From Sulfitobacter sp. (GTDB taxonomy: Bacteria > Pseudomonadota > Alphaproteobacteria > Rhodobacterales > Rhodobacteraceae): a DNA stretch of 64,000 nt. Positions 48,325 through 58,264 of this stretch are shown here, piece after piece. Both the position numbers and the translations under genes were made by a program. Location: contig JAGXFI010000065.1 in assembly GCA_024637305.1 (NCBI GenBank), forward strand, positions 14,195 to 78,194, read 5' to 3'. Positions within the stretch are counted from its first letter, which is position 1, and the number at the start of each line of letters is the position of its first letter. The notes beneath the pieces were generated by a model, which was not told where the DNA came from, did no database searches, and was given only the letters and a program-made list of their open reading frames with translations.

Positions 48325-49544
48325 TGCACGGCCCGCGCCACGGCACCGGTATCTATACGCGCCACGGCCTCAAGCCCGACATAGCGCGCCGCAAGCATCG
48401 AAGATCCCGCATCAAGCGCGACCAGGATCCGGATCACCCGTGCGTCGGAATTTGCCGCCGCGTCGTCCGAGATCAGGCCCTGTCGTCCCACAGTCAGCCC
48501 GATGCTTTCCACCGCACCGCGCAAGGACTGGCCAAGCGCGGGTGCGGCCAGCTCGACCGGCTGGCCCACGGCCACGGCGGCAACCCTGTCCTGCCAGACT
48601 TCGACCTCGGCCATCATCGCGGTGGTGTCGCCCATCTCCATGATGCCCTGGGCGGGTGGGCGTTGCCCCGGCGTGGCGTGGATGTCGAGGATCGTGCCGT
48701 TTATGGGCGCGCGCACCTCAGCGCGGGCCATGTCCATCTGCGCGCGCTTCAGCTCTGCCTCGGCGGCGCTTACATTGCGCGCGGCGACGACGACATCGGG
48801 CTGATCGTCCAGTCCGCCGGTAAACCGTTCCAGTGTCGCCTCGGCGCGCTGCACGGCAAGGGCTGCTTCTTCGGCGGCTGTGCGGGCGGCATCCAGGGTG
48901 GCGGTGGTGGACACCCCGCGGTCTGTCAGGCCTTCTGTCCGGGCCAGCTTGCTTGCCGCTTCGCGCGCAGCGGCGCGGCTTGTGTCCAGCGTCGCCTGCG
49001 CCTCGGCCCGGCTGGCGGCGATTGCACTGCGGGTCTGGGCCAGTGTCGCCTGCCGCACGGCCAGATTGGCCTCGGCCGTCAGCACCGCGCCTTCCAGCGC
49101 CTCGCGGTTGTCGAGGCGTGCGACCGGAGTGCTGCGGGTCACGGTGTCACCAACCGAAACGAGGATCTCGGCCACGCGCGCGTCACCCGCACCATAGGGG
49201 GCGGCCACAATGGCCACGTCGCCGCGCGGCATCAGCCGCGCAAGCCCCACGACATCGGTCGGCAGCAGTGTCTCGGCCATATCTTGCGGCAGCTCAATTT
49301 CCGGGGGCAGCGCGATCGGGCTACCCGATCCGCCACCGGGTTGAAGGCCTGTAAGTGCGTAAAACTTCTGAAGCGCGGGCGGCTGAAAAGACATGCCGAT
49401 GACCCCGCCGGAAAACATCAACACAGGAATCAGCAGGACAAACAGATACCGTTTGCGAAACCAGCCTCGGTGCTGTGCGGTATCGGCAGTATCTGGGTCG
49501 CGGCCCAGATCGAGTGGCAGATCGGGGGCATCCTTGGCGGTCAT
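48321..49544 (-). CDS. devB: Membrane fusion protein (DevB/HlyD family)
   Basis: Lipoyl-like half motifs, coiled coil, RAPINGTIL, DARVIR. Confidence 0.82.
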   Translation of the reverse strand: MTAKDAPDLPLDLGRDPDTADTAQHRGWFRKRYLFVLLIPVLMFSGGVIGMSFQPPALQKFYALTGLQPGGGSGSPIALPPEIELPQDMAETLLPTDVVGLARLMPRGDVAIVAAPYGAGDARVAEILVSVGDTVTRSTPVARLDNREALEGAVLTAEANLAVRQATLAQTRSAIAASRAEAQATLDTSRAAAREAASKLARTEGLTDRGVSTTATLDAARTAAEEAALAVQRAEATLERFTGGLDDQPDVVVAARNVSAAEAELKRAQMDMARAEVRAPINGTILDIHATPGQRPPAQGIMEMGDTTAMMAEVEVWQDRVAAVAVGQPVELAAPALGQSLRGAVESIGLTVGRQGLISDDAAANSDARVIRILVALDAGSSMLAARYVGLEAVARIDTGAVARAVQ

Positions 49545-49765
49545 CACGGTCGTCCTTCCGGGCAATGAGAGATGGCGACAGATTCCATCGTCTTGCGTGA
49601 TCATATTGCGAAATCAGCAAGTGTAATACCGCCATCGTCTTTCTTGTCCAGATAGGCAAACCAGCCAACGGTACCCGCGAGAAATTCTTCGCGCGATACG
49701 CAGTCCGGCAGCCGCGGCACCCGGATCAAAACGACCCGGACGACCGCACCCTCACTCTGTGCTGG

Positions 49766-50362
49766 TCACGCCGATTGCATGAGCACCGCTTTGCCGGACC
49801 AGACGGCATCGTCCACCGCGCTTGCCAGAACGGCGGCAACGTCACCCCGTGCGGCCTTAGCGCTGACGTTCACGGAATCTCCGAAACGCATGTCCCGCGT
49901 GCCGTCTTCGTCCGTCAAGGCAACCGGGCGGAGGATGGCATAGCTCAGTCCCGAGGCTTTCAGGTGCTCGTCGGCATCATGCTTTGCCTGAAGATAGTGA
50001 GCCATTTCGCCAGCGGAGTCCGGGTTGTCCGCTCCGACACTGCTGAGCATCACGAACCGCGAGACGCCCGCCTGCGCGGCAATGTCTATCAGGCGAATAG
50101 CGCCGTCGCGGTCCACCTTGTCGGTCATCTCAGGACCGGTCGAACCGCCGGAACCAGCGGCAAAAATCACGGCCTCGCAATCATCGCATACATCGTCTTG
50201 CAGATCCGTGAGGTCACCGTGGCGCAAAGCGACATCCTCCGGCAGGCCTGTCGTATCAGAAGATTCGCGGACCAGGGCAATCGGGTCATGGCCGTTGTTT
50301 TTCAATTCATTGATCAGGCGGATGCCTGTTTTGCCGGTCGCTCCGGCAACGAGTATATTCAT
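49766..50362 (-). CDS. NAD(P)-binding atypical SDR (YhfK-like)
   Basis: ILVAGATGKTG, FAAGSGG, YLQAK, LRPVAL; GGAGA RBS. Confidence 0.88.
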   Translation of the reverse strand: MNILVAGATGKTGIRLINELKNNGHDPIALVRESSDTTGLPEDVALRHGDLTDLQDDVCDDCEAVIFAAGSGGSTGPEMTDKVDRDGAIRLIDIAAQAGVSRFVMLSSVGADNPDSAGEMAHYLQAKHDADEHLKASGLSYAILRPVALTDEDGTRDMRFGDSVNVSAKAARGDVAAVLASAVDDAVWSGKAVLMQSA

Positions 50363-50440
50363 CGGGTTCTCCAATTCAATTTGCTTTGTGCAAGCTTCGA
50401 CCGTGGCGGGAGCGCCGAAAACTTTGCTTTTCAGAAGGCC

Positions 50441-50465
50441 AACACCTGCGGCGGTGGCAAGTTCC
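50441..50465 (-). promoter_or_regulatory. Second EcfG-type promoter
   Basis: Minus strand GGAAC-ttgccaccgccgcagg(16)-TGTT upstream of the SDR gene. Confidence 0.55.
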
Positions 50466-50766
50466 AAGTCATCAGGCATGCCGCACGACCATGCCCAATC
50501 CTGCGGCACAGCTTTACCTCATTGCTGCCCCTCTCCTGGCAGGTTCTTGCGATAAGACATTTTTGCGGTAACGCATTTGGATTGGTGCCAGAGCAATGGA
50601 ACAGCAAGACAAGGAAACTGCCGAAGACACAGCAGAGGAAACCGGAGAGCCTCTTGCTTCTGCCGCAATGCAAGGCGAAGAAGCCGGACAGGATCCGCCT
50701 GTCATTAAAGATTACGCCAGCCTCTGACTCGTGACATGCGGATATGTGCTTGGTAGACTGAACCCT

Positions 50767-51093
50767 ATGAGCACCCCGATCAGCAGTATCCGCAATCTCG
50801 GCCCGGCGATGGAGCAAAGCCTGAACGCGGCCGGCATCCGGTCTGCCGAAGAGGTGCACGCGATGGGGGCCGATGCGGCCTATGCCAGACTGCTTGAGAA
50901 TGGCGCGCGGCCACATTTCATTGCCTATTACGTTCTGGTCATGGGGCTTCAGGGTCGTCCCTGGAATGATTGCAAGGGCGATGAGAAGACGGCGTTGCGC
51001 AGGCGTTTCGACGCGCTGAAGGCCCAAAGCTTTGACGAAGACCGGTCGCAGTTCGAACGTATGATGGACCAGATCGGCATTCGTACGCCCTGA
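50767..51093 (+). CDS. TfoX C-terminal domain protein
   Basis: IRNLGPAME..AGI..GADAAY..GLQGRPWND. Confidence 0.85.
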   Translation: MSTPISSIRNLGPAMEQSLNAAGIRSAEEVHAMGADAAYARLLENGARPHFIAYYVLVMGLQGRPWNDCKGDEKTALRRRFDALKAQSFDEDRSQFERMMDQIGIRTP

Positions 51094-51234
51094 ACGCAAG
51101 AAGGCGACCCAGCGGGCCAGCCCCTTACGGCAAATGTTGATAGCTCACCAAGGTTGTTGGTGAGCTATTTTTCGTAGTGAAGGTGTCTGGTGATTGTTTT
51201 TTGTCGGGGCCGTGCGCATTCCTATTTCCGCTCT

Positions 51235-51627
51235 ATGACATTTTCATTTCTCATCGTTTCCAAGATTGTACGCCGCGCTTCTCAAGCCGCTCTGCTGGCT
51301 TGGGCTATCGTGTGCGTACTTATGCTTGTAGATGCGAGCAGCGCTCCCTCTGGGACATTCTGTATCAACAAGCATGGAGAAGAGCTTACAGTCTGCCTGA
51401 ATGGAGCGTTTCGAGATGAGACGAACATCAATTCCCTTCACGCCGAGCTCCTCCGACATGGTTACAAGATACACGCCCTGTGGCGGAGGCGATCCAATAT
51501 TGGAAACCGCAATATTATTGGCTTGCACCGCCAACAGGCCATTTCATGTATCAATCTGCTGATTCTATTTCGGCCTCGGTGGGGAGTGGATGGGCTACAG
51601 GCGATAAGTTCAAGGACGGTCCTTTGA
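51235..51627 (+). CDS. Possible AT-rich cargo ORF (hypothetical)
   Basis: N-terminal hydrophobic segment; an overlapping antisense ORF (51244-51534) is about equally plausible. Confidence 0.3.
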   Translation: MTFSFLIVSKIVRRASQAALLAWAIVCVLMLVDASSAPSGTFCINKHGEELTVCLNGAFRDETNINSLHAELLRHGYKIHALWRRRSNIGNRNIIGLHRQQAISCINLLILFRPRWGVDGLQAISSRTVL

Positions 51628-51667
51628 TTGCGCCGCGCTGACGCAGACCGTGGTCTACGGTGCCGAT

Positions 51668-52352
51668 CTACATGAAGTCCCGTTCATACACCCGCCCGCG
51701 CGCAAGGCCGATCCGGATCGCGGGCGTCTTCTTGTCTTCGCCAGCATCTCGGGTTTGTAGAGATATTGCTTGTCCCAGGTATGACCGGTGTTCCCTATCG
51801 AAATCTGATCTTTGCCAGCGAAACATCGGTGCACAACATCTGGAAGATGATCCGATTTTTGTCGCTGCGCAGGTGTCGTCTGGCAGGTTTGCCGATCGAG
51901 AAGGTCTTGGAGCAAAGGCGGCACTGGAAGTGAGGATCCCCCTTTGCCGTATTCCCGAAGCGACGGTAGAACTCCGGGCTGGTCTTCGGGGCCATACCAT
52001 GAGCGAAGCAACCTTCTGTCCGACAGGATGGCACTGTCGGATCAAACTCTTGCAAATGCTTGAGACGTTTGTACTCTTCGACTATCGCGCGATTATTCTT
52101 GATCCGTGAGGTCTTGTTGCAGGTCGGGCATTTAAAGAATTCTTCGTGCTTCTTACCCGAAACAAAACCGTGCAAGGCGTCCGGTGGCGCAGGTGGCGCA
52201 TCTGTCGGCCGCTTGTATGGGTCTGGAAAAACGCCGTAGGTCGCGCATTGCGGGTTGCGGCAGAAGTTCAGATCGACGCCCTCAAAGGCCAGTGGAAATC
52301 GCCGCTCCAGGGCGGCAATTTCTGTCGGAGATATTTTCGAGCCATCGAGCAC
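51668..52352 (-). pseudogene. Internally deleted zinc-finger transposase (IS1/IS1595-like)
   Basis: GGAGG RBS; N-terminal CRNPQC, CPTC, CRTEGC, CRLC; then frame-shifted C-terminal pieces YLYKPEMLAK and KTPAIRIGLARG; no DDE core. Confidence 0.7.
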
Positions 52353-52497
52353 TTGTCACCTCCATCGAAAAGTGGGTCAAGATACTGTTTTGATGGTAAT
52401 GTTGGCCACTTAGTGGCCAACAGAAGTGATTTTTTCAACATTTGCCGTAAGGGGCTGGCCCAGCCGGCCGCCCTTCGCATTCCCGATCGACGGTTAT

Positions 52498-52920
52498 TCA
52501 GCCAACCAGTTCAAGGCCGGAGAAGAAATAGGCGATCTCGACCGCTGCTGTTTCTGGTGCGTCCGATCCGTGGACGGAGTTTTCACCGACGGATTCGGCG
52601 AATTCCGCGCGGATCGTACCGGGTGCCGCATCGGCGGGGTTTGTCGCGCCCATGACTTCGCGGTTCTTGCTAATTGCGTTTTCGCCTTCGAGAACCTGAA
52701 CGACAACGGGCTCGGAGGCCATGAACTCGCAAAGCTCGTCATAGAAAGGACGCTCTGCGTGAACAGCATAGAAAATGCCGGCTTGCGCCTTGGTCATGTG
52801 AATCCGCTTTTGCGCGACGATGCGCAGACCTGCGTCTTCGAATTTGGCGTTGATTTTGCCGGTCAGGTTGCGGCGGGTAGCGTCTGGCTTGATGATGGAG
52901 AACGTGCGTTCGAGGGCCAT
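52498..52920 (-). CDS. ndk: Nucleoside diphosphate kinase
   Basis: [21 protein letters not shown]. Confidence 0.97.
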   Translation of the reverse strand: MALERTFSIIKPDATRRNLTGKINAKFEDAGLRIVAQKRIHMTKAQAGIFYAVHAERPFYDELCEFMASEPVVVQVLEGENAISKNREVMGATNPADAAPGTIRAEFAESVGENSVHGSDAPETAAVEIAYFFSGLELVG

Positions 52921-53025
52921 GTGGCTTGCTCCTTTAGGGTGTTGTTTGGCGCGCTCCCTAGCATGAGGGTCTGGCCGTGAAAAGGCGCGATTGACGGCAC
53001 CGCGCCGTTGGTCCACACCGCGCGC

Positions 53026-54882
53026 ATGTTACGCATATCCCAGATCAACTATTCCGTCGAAGGCCGCCCCCTGTTCGAAGAGGCGTCCGCCGTGATCCCC
53101 GATGGCCACAAGGTCGGCCTTGTCGGCCGCAATGGCGCGGGCAAGACCACGCTTTTCCGTATCATTCGCGGAGAGCTGGGGCTGGACGGCGGTGCCATTT
53201 CGCTGCCCAGCCGCGCCAAGATCGGCGGCGTCGCCCAAGAGGTACCGTCCTCCGACGTTTCGCTGATCGACACCGTTCTGGCAGCCGATACCGAACGCGC
53301 GTCCCTGCTTGCCGAAGCCGATACAGCCACCGATCCAAACCGCATTTCCGAAATCCAGACGCGGCTGGCCGACATTGACGCATGGTCAGCAGAAGGCCGC
53401 GCCGCGTCCATCCTCAAAGGCCTCGGCTTTGAAGATGCCGAGCAAAAGATGCCCTGCTCCGCCTTTTCCGGGGGCTGGCGGATGCGCGTCGCGCTTGCGG
53501 GGGTTCTGTTTGCGCAACCCGATCTGCTGCTGCTCGATGAGCCGACCAACTATCTCGATCTCGAAGGGGCGCTTTGGCTGGAATCCTATCTGGCGAAATA
53601 TCCGCACACCGTCATCATCATCAGCCATGACCGCGGGCTGCTGAACCGTGCCGTGGGCGGGATCCTGCATCTCGAAGAACGCCAACTGACTTATTATCAG
53701 GGCTCTTATGACCAATTCGCCCGCCAGCGCGCAGAGCGCCGCGCGGTGCAGGCCGCCATGGCCAAGAAGCAGCAGGCCCGCAAGGATCACATGCAGTCCT
53801 TCGTCGACCGCTTCAAGGCCAAGGCCTCCAAGGCCAAGCAGGCGCAATCACGACTCAAGATGATCGAGAAGATGGACATGATCACCCCGCCGGAAGAAGC
53901 CGCGCGCAAGGTGTTCACCTTCCCCGAGCCGGAGGAACTGTCGCCCCCCATCATCAGCATCGAAGGCGGTGCCGTGGGCTATGGCGGCGAGCCGGTGCTC
54001 AGCAGGCTGAACCTGCGCATCGATCAGGACGACCGCATCGCGCTTTTGGGCAAGAACGGTCAGGGGAAATCGACCCTGTCCAAGCTGCTGTCGAACCGGT
54101 TGGAACTGATGGCCGGGAAATCCGTGCAATCTTCCAAGCTGCGCATAGGCTTTTTCGCCCAGCATCAGGTCGAAGAACTGCACATCAATGAAACGCCGCT
54201 CCAGCATATGATCTCTGCACGTCCTGGCGTGCTTCATTCCAAGCTGCGCGCGCAGATGGCGGGCTTCGGACTTGGGCCAGATCAGGCCGAAACCGAAGTG
54301 GGCCGCCTGTCAGGGGGCCAAAAGGCACGTCTGTCACTGCTTCTGGCCACGCTGCACGCGCCGCATCTGCTGATCCTCGACGAGCCTACGAACCACCTCG
54401 ACATCGAATCGCGCGAAGCGCTGGTAGAGGCATTGACCCGCTATTCCGGTGCCGTGATTTTGGTCAGCCATGACATGCACCTGCTCTCGATGGTCGCGGA
54501 CCGACTGTGGCTGGTATCTGACGGGACCGTCAAACCCTATGACGACGACCTCGAAGCCTACCGCAAAATGCTGCTGACGCCGGATACGGAAAAGCAACGC
54601 AAACAGCCCAAGGCGGACGCGCCAAAACCCAAGCGCGCGTCCCGCGACGATATCCTCAACCTGCGCGGCGAAGTCCGCAAGGGCGAGGCGCGGGTCGCCA
54701 AGATCAACGAAATGCGCGACAAGCTGGCCAAAAAGCTCGCCGACCCTGCCCTTTACGAAAGCGACAAGATCGGCGAACTTGAGGTCTGGAACAAGAAATA
54801 CGCCGAGGTCATGGAGGCACTGGAACGCGCCGAAGCGCTCTGGATGCAAAGTCTCGAAAAACTTGAGCGCGCCGAGGCCTGA
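53026..54882 (+). CDS. ABC-F family ATPase
   Basis: Two ABC domains ([26 protein letters not shown]), no TM helices. Confidence 0.93.
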   Translation: MLRISQINYSVEGRPLFEEASAVIPDGHKVGLVGRNGAGKTTLFRIIRGELGLDGGAISLPSRAKIGGVAQEVPSSDVSLIDTVLAADTERASLLAEADTATDPNRISEIQTRLADIDAWSAEGRAASILKGLGFEDAEQKMPCSAFSGGWRMRVALAGVLFAQPDLLLLDEPTNYLDLEGALWLESYLAKYPHTVIIISHDRGLLNRAVGGILHLEERQLTYYQGSYDQFARQRAERRAVQAAMAKKQQARKDHMQSFVDRFKAKASKAKQAQSRLKMIEKMDMITPPEEAARKVFTFPEPEELSPPIISIEGGAVGYGGEPVLSRLNLRIDQDDRIALLGKNGQGKSTLSKLLSNRLELMAGKSVQSSKLRIGFFAQHQVEELHINETPLQHMISARPGVLHSKLRAQMAGFGLGPDQAETEVGRLSGGQKARLSLLLATLHAPHLLILDEPTNHLDIESREALVEALTRYSGAVILVSHDMHLLSMVADRLWLVSDGTVKPYDDDLEAYRKMLLTPDTEKQRKQPKADAPKPKRASRDDILNLRGEVRKGEARVAKINEMRDKLAKKLADPALYESDKIGELEVWNKKYAEVMEALERAEALWMQSLEKLERAEA

Positions 54883-54943
54883 GGGCAGATCCGTCTGGCC
54901 GAAAATTGCACGGGGGTCCGGGGTGTAAACCCTGACGAGATAC

Positions 54944-55594
54944 ATGCCGATTGATACCGCTTACATGATCACCGCCATCGTCACGATGTTCGTGGTGATT
55001 GACCCGATTGCGATTGCACCGCTGTTCATTGCGATCACGCGCGGCATGACGGCCGCGCAACGCCGCATGATCGCATGGCGTGCGGTGACCGTCGCGGCCA
55101 TCGTGCTGGCACTGTTTGCCGCCCTGGGCGAAGCGGTGTTGACCTTCATCGGCATTTCCATGCCCGCTTTCCGCGTCGCGGGTGGCCTTTTGTTATTCCT
55201 GACAGCGCTAGACATGCTTTTCGAACGCCGCACCAAACGCCGCGAAGGTCAGGCGGAGGAAGCGGAAGAAGAAGACGGAGACGACCCATCCGTGTTTCCG
55301 CTCGCCATTCCGCTTATCGCGGGACCGGGCGCTATCGCATCCGTTATCCTGCTCACCAGTGAGAAACCCGGCGGTGAAGGGCTTGTGACCGTTCTGGTGA
55401 TCACCGCGCTCGTGCTGATCGTGATGGGCCTGACGCTTCAGGCAAGTGGCTATCTCGAACGGGTGATAGGAAAAACCGCGATAAACGTGATTACCCGCCT
55501 GCTGGGGATGCTGCTGGCGGCATTGTCGGTGCAATTCGTACTCGAAGGATTGGCGGCCTTCGGGTTTGGTCCCAGCGGTTCCGGCCCTATATAG
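54944..55594 (+). CDS. marC: MarC family membrane protein
   Basis: VIDP, FRVAGG, FPLAIPLIAGPG, RLLGMLLAALSVQF. Confidence 0.9.
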   Translation: MPIDTAYMITAIVTMFVVIDPIAIAPLFIAITRGMTAAQRRMIAWRAVTVAAIVLALFAALGEAVLTFIGISMPAFRVAGGLLLFLTALDMLFERRTKRREGQAEEAEEEDGDDPSVFPLAIPLIAGPGAIASVILLTSEKPGGEGLVTVLVITALVLIVMGLTLQASGYLERVIGKTAINVITRLLGMLLAALSVQFVLEGLAAFGFGPSGSGPI

Positions 55595-55613
55595 GCTTCA
55601 GGAGGACCGCATA

Positions 55614-56195
55614 ATGACCGCAGATGACACCGGACGGCTGCTCTATCTTGCCCTGTTGGGGATCGGTATTGCCGGCTGGTTTTTCATTCAGGGCCGCGAA
55701 GGGATCGGCAAGACCCTTCAACATGCAATGGTCTGGGGCTTTCTGTTCGTGGGCGTGGTTGCCGCCTACGGGCTGTGGAATGACATCCAGAGGGCGGCGT
55801 CCCGTGACCAGATCAGCCAGATCGGGACCGGACAGATCGCCGTGCCACGCCAGCAGAACGGCCATTACTACCTGACGCTCATCATTAACGACGCGCCGGT
55901 GCGCTTTGTCGTCGATACCGGTGCCAGCGAAATGGTACTGACTGCAAATGACGCGCAGCGTGTCGGTCTTGATATCGACAATCTGGGGTATTTCGGCCGC
56001 GCCAATACCGCGAACGGCATGGTACGGACCGCACCGGTAGAATTGAACACAGTCACATTGGGCGACGTCACCGACACCAATGTCGCCGCCGTCGTCAACG
56101 AGGGAGAGATGCGCGAATCCCTTCTGGGCATGGGATATCTCCAGCGCTGGGGCCGGATCGAAATCGCGAACGGCGAACTGATCCTGACGCGCTAG
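55614..56195 (+). CDS. Clan AA retropepsin-like aspartic protease
   Basis: Two TM helices then FVVDTGAS, TANG, SLLGMGYL. Confidence 0.9.
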   Translation: MTADDTGRLLYLALLGIGIAGWFFIQGREGIGKTLQHAMVWGFLFVGVVAAYGLWNDIQRAASRDQISQIGTGQIAVPRQQNGHYYLTLIINDAPVRFVVDTGASEMVLTANDAQRVGLDIDNLGYFGRANTANGMVRTAPVELNTVTLGDVTDTNVAAVVNEGEMRESLLGMGYLQRWGRIEIANGELILTR

Positions 56196-56653
56196 CCGCT
56201 CTGGGCCTTTTTCTCCCAGCGCCCGCTTTCCTCTGACCAATATTGCGCGGCGACACCCGCGCCGGTCAAAGCCTTCCACTGGCCGCGCGCCTCTGACACC
56301 GCCGCATCGTCATGACCGTCGAACAGGATGCACACCCGCTCCAGCGCTCCGACCTCTTCCGGGGCGACCTGCGCTCCTTGCACGGCCATGACGCAAACCG
56401 CACCATTCACGATACCCGCATCCGTCTGCAACAGGACCGGTTGCATCGCATCGCTGGTACCGCCCTTGAGACCGTGCGGCAAAAAGCCGTCCTTCGGCCC
56501 CAGCCACAGCGCCTCGTCCAGTTGCGCCAGGGCCGTCGCGTTCGTGCCGCGCACCGCGACACGCCAGCCATTCGCCAGCGACTTTTCCAGCAATGTCCGA
56601 AGTGTGTCGGCCAGCGGACGTTGCGTCAGGTGGTAGAACAGGACCGCGCCCAC
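56192..56653 (-). CDS. holC: DNA polymerase III chi subunit
   Basis: FYHLT, LDEALW..FLPHG, ARGQWK. Confidence 0.93.
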   Translation of the reverse strand: MGAVLFYHLTQRPLADTLRTLLEKSLANGWRVAVRGTNATALAQLDEALWLGPKDGFLPHGLKGGTSDAMQPVLLQTDAGIVNGAVCVMAVQGAQVAPEEVGALERVCILFDGHDDAAVSEARGQWKALTGAGVAAQYWSEESGRWEKKAQSG

Positions 56654-56657
56654 GCAA

Positions 56658-58130
56658 TTACCCTTTCTCGAACCGATCCGCGATCAGCCGGTTAAGCGCC
56701 GCCACGCCCCAGCCGGTAGCGCCCTTGGGCGCAAGCGCCGTCTCGTTCTTGACGGACGCAACCCCCGCAATATCCAGATGGATCCACGGGCAGTCATCCT
56801 TGACGAAGCGTTTCAGAAACTGAGCCGCGGTAATCGAGCCAGCCGGCCGCCCACCGATATTCTTCATATCCGCAATCCGGCTTTTCAGCAGGTCGTCATA
56901 GGCCTTGCCCAGCGGCATCCGCCAGGCGCCTTCGTTTTCCGCCTTGGCCGACTTGAGAAAAGCATCACACAAATCGTCGTCATTCGAGAAAACGCCGGCG
57001 TTCTCATGCCCCAATCCAATGATGATCGCGCCCGTCAAGGTCGCCAGATCAATCATCGCGGCAGGCTTGTAGGCCTCCTGAGCGTGCCACAGCACGTCAC
57101 ACAGCACCAGACGGCCTTCGGCATCCGTATTGATGACTTCGACGGTATCGCCTTTCATCGTCTTGATCACGTCACCGGGGCGCGTCGCATTGCCCGACAC
57201 CATGTTCTCGACGATTCCGACCAAGCCGACGACGTTGGCCTTTGCCTTGCGCCGGGCAATTGCGTGCATGACACCGACCACGACAGCGGAACCGCCCATG
57301 TCCATGGTCATGTCCTCCATTCCCGCGCCGGGTTTGAGGCTGATGCCGCCGGTGTCGAACACCACGCCCTTGCCGACCAGCGCCAGCGGCGCATCGTCCT
57401 TTTCTCCGCCACCCCAACGCATCACGACCACATAGGACGGACTGTCCGACCCTTGACCGACAGACAAAAGCGTTCTCATCCCAAGGCTTGCAAGCTTTTC
57501 TTCATCCATGACCTCTACTTTGAGGCCAAGGCTCTCCATTTCCTTGATCTGTTCGGCATAGGCGGTCGTTGTCAAAACATTCGCCGGCGCATTCGTCAGG
57601 TCGCGGGTCAAGAACGCCCCTTCGGCAACCGCCATAAGCGGCGCTGCTTTCGCCTCGATTTCGTCGGGTTTGGTACACATGACCACGATTTTGCCAGCAC
57701 GCGGGTCCGCCGCCGATTTCTGGTCGTCATAGTCGTAGTCGCGCATCACCGCGCCAAAGGCCAATTGAGCGGCGCGGGCATGCCCGCCCGCTGCGACCAG
57801 CAGATCCGCCTTTCCGCGCAGCTTGGCCAGTCCCGCCCCTGCCTTGCGCGCCGCTGCGATGTCATCCCCGCGTGACAGCCGGACAACGTCGACCGCTTCT
57901 GCTTCCATGCCCGCCGGATAGGCCAGGGTCGCCACATCGCCCGGCTTCATCTTGCCGAACCGCTCTGCCGCGACCAACCGGGCGACGGCACCCTTGGTCA
58001 GACGGCTTACCCGCCGCGCCAGCCGGTCAAGTTTGCCATCCGCGCCGACGATCACCGCCACACGGCCCTTGTGAGACGCAAACGCGTCGATATCGTTATC
58101 GGTAAATGAAATCGGAGTGAGATCGGTCAT
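56658..58130 (-). CDS. pepA: Leucyl aminopeptidase
   Basis: VGKGVVFDTGG, DMGGS, NTDAEGRL, DLATLTGA. Confidence 0.96.
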   Translation of the reverse strand: MTDLTPISFTDNDIDAFASHKGRVAVIVGADGKLDRLARRVSRLTKGAVARLVAAERFGKMKPGDVATLAYPAGMEAEAVDVVRLSRGDDIAAARKAGAGLAKLRGKADLLVAAGGHARAAQLAFGAVMRDYDYDDQKSAADPRAGKIVVMCTKPDEIEAKAAPLMAVAEGAFLTRDLTNAPANVLTTTAYAEQIKEMESLGLKVEVMDEEKLASLGMRTLLSVGQGSDSPSYVVVMRWGGGEKDDAPLALVGKGVVFDTGGISLKPGAGMEDMTMDMGGSAVVVGVMHAIARRKAKANVVGLVGIVENMVSGNATRPGDVIKTMKGDTVEVINTDAEGRLVLCDVLWHAQEAYKPAAMIDLATLTGAIIIGLGHENAGVFSNDDDLCDAFLKSAKAENEGAWRMPLGKAYDDLLKSRIADMKNIGGRPAGSITAAQFLKRFVKDDCPWIHLDIAGVASVKNETALAPKGATGWGVAALNRLIADRFEKG

Positions 58131-58264
58131 CAAGGCGGCCTTTCGTGTTACATATGACTCAGACCTAGCGCGCATGACGCGCCAGTGCCAGATAGCAGTT
58201 TGCGACACGCGCCAAATCGGCTATCACGAAACCAATCGCCGTCAGAGCAACCGGAGGACATCGC

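Larger units (their letters stand above)
51114..52461. mobile_element. Non-autonomous IS-like element with 27-bp terminal inverted repeats
   Basis: GGGCCAGCCCCTTACGGCAAATGTTGA (51114-51140) and its exact reverse complement (52435-52461); AGC direct repeat outside both ends; carries a deleted transposase gene. Confidence 0.8.

Noticed and set aside
52395..52409. GGTAATGTTGGCCAC resembling an IS1 terminal repeat
   Set aside because: It points outward relative to the transposase and has no partner; the 27-bp repeat pair explains the ends better.
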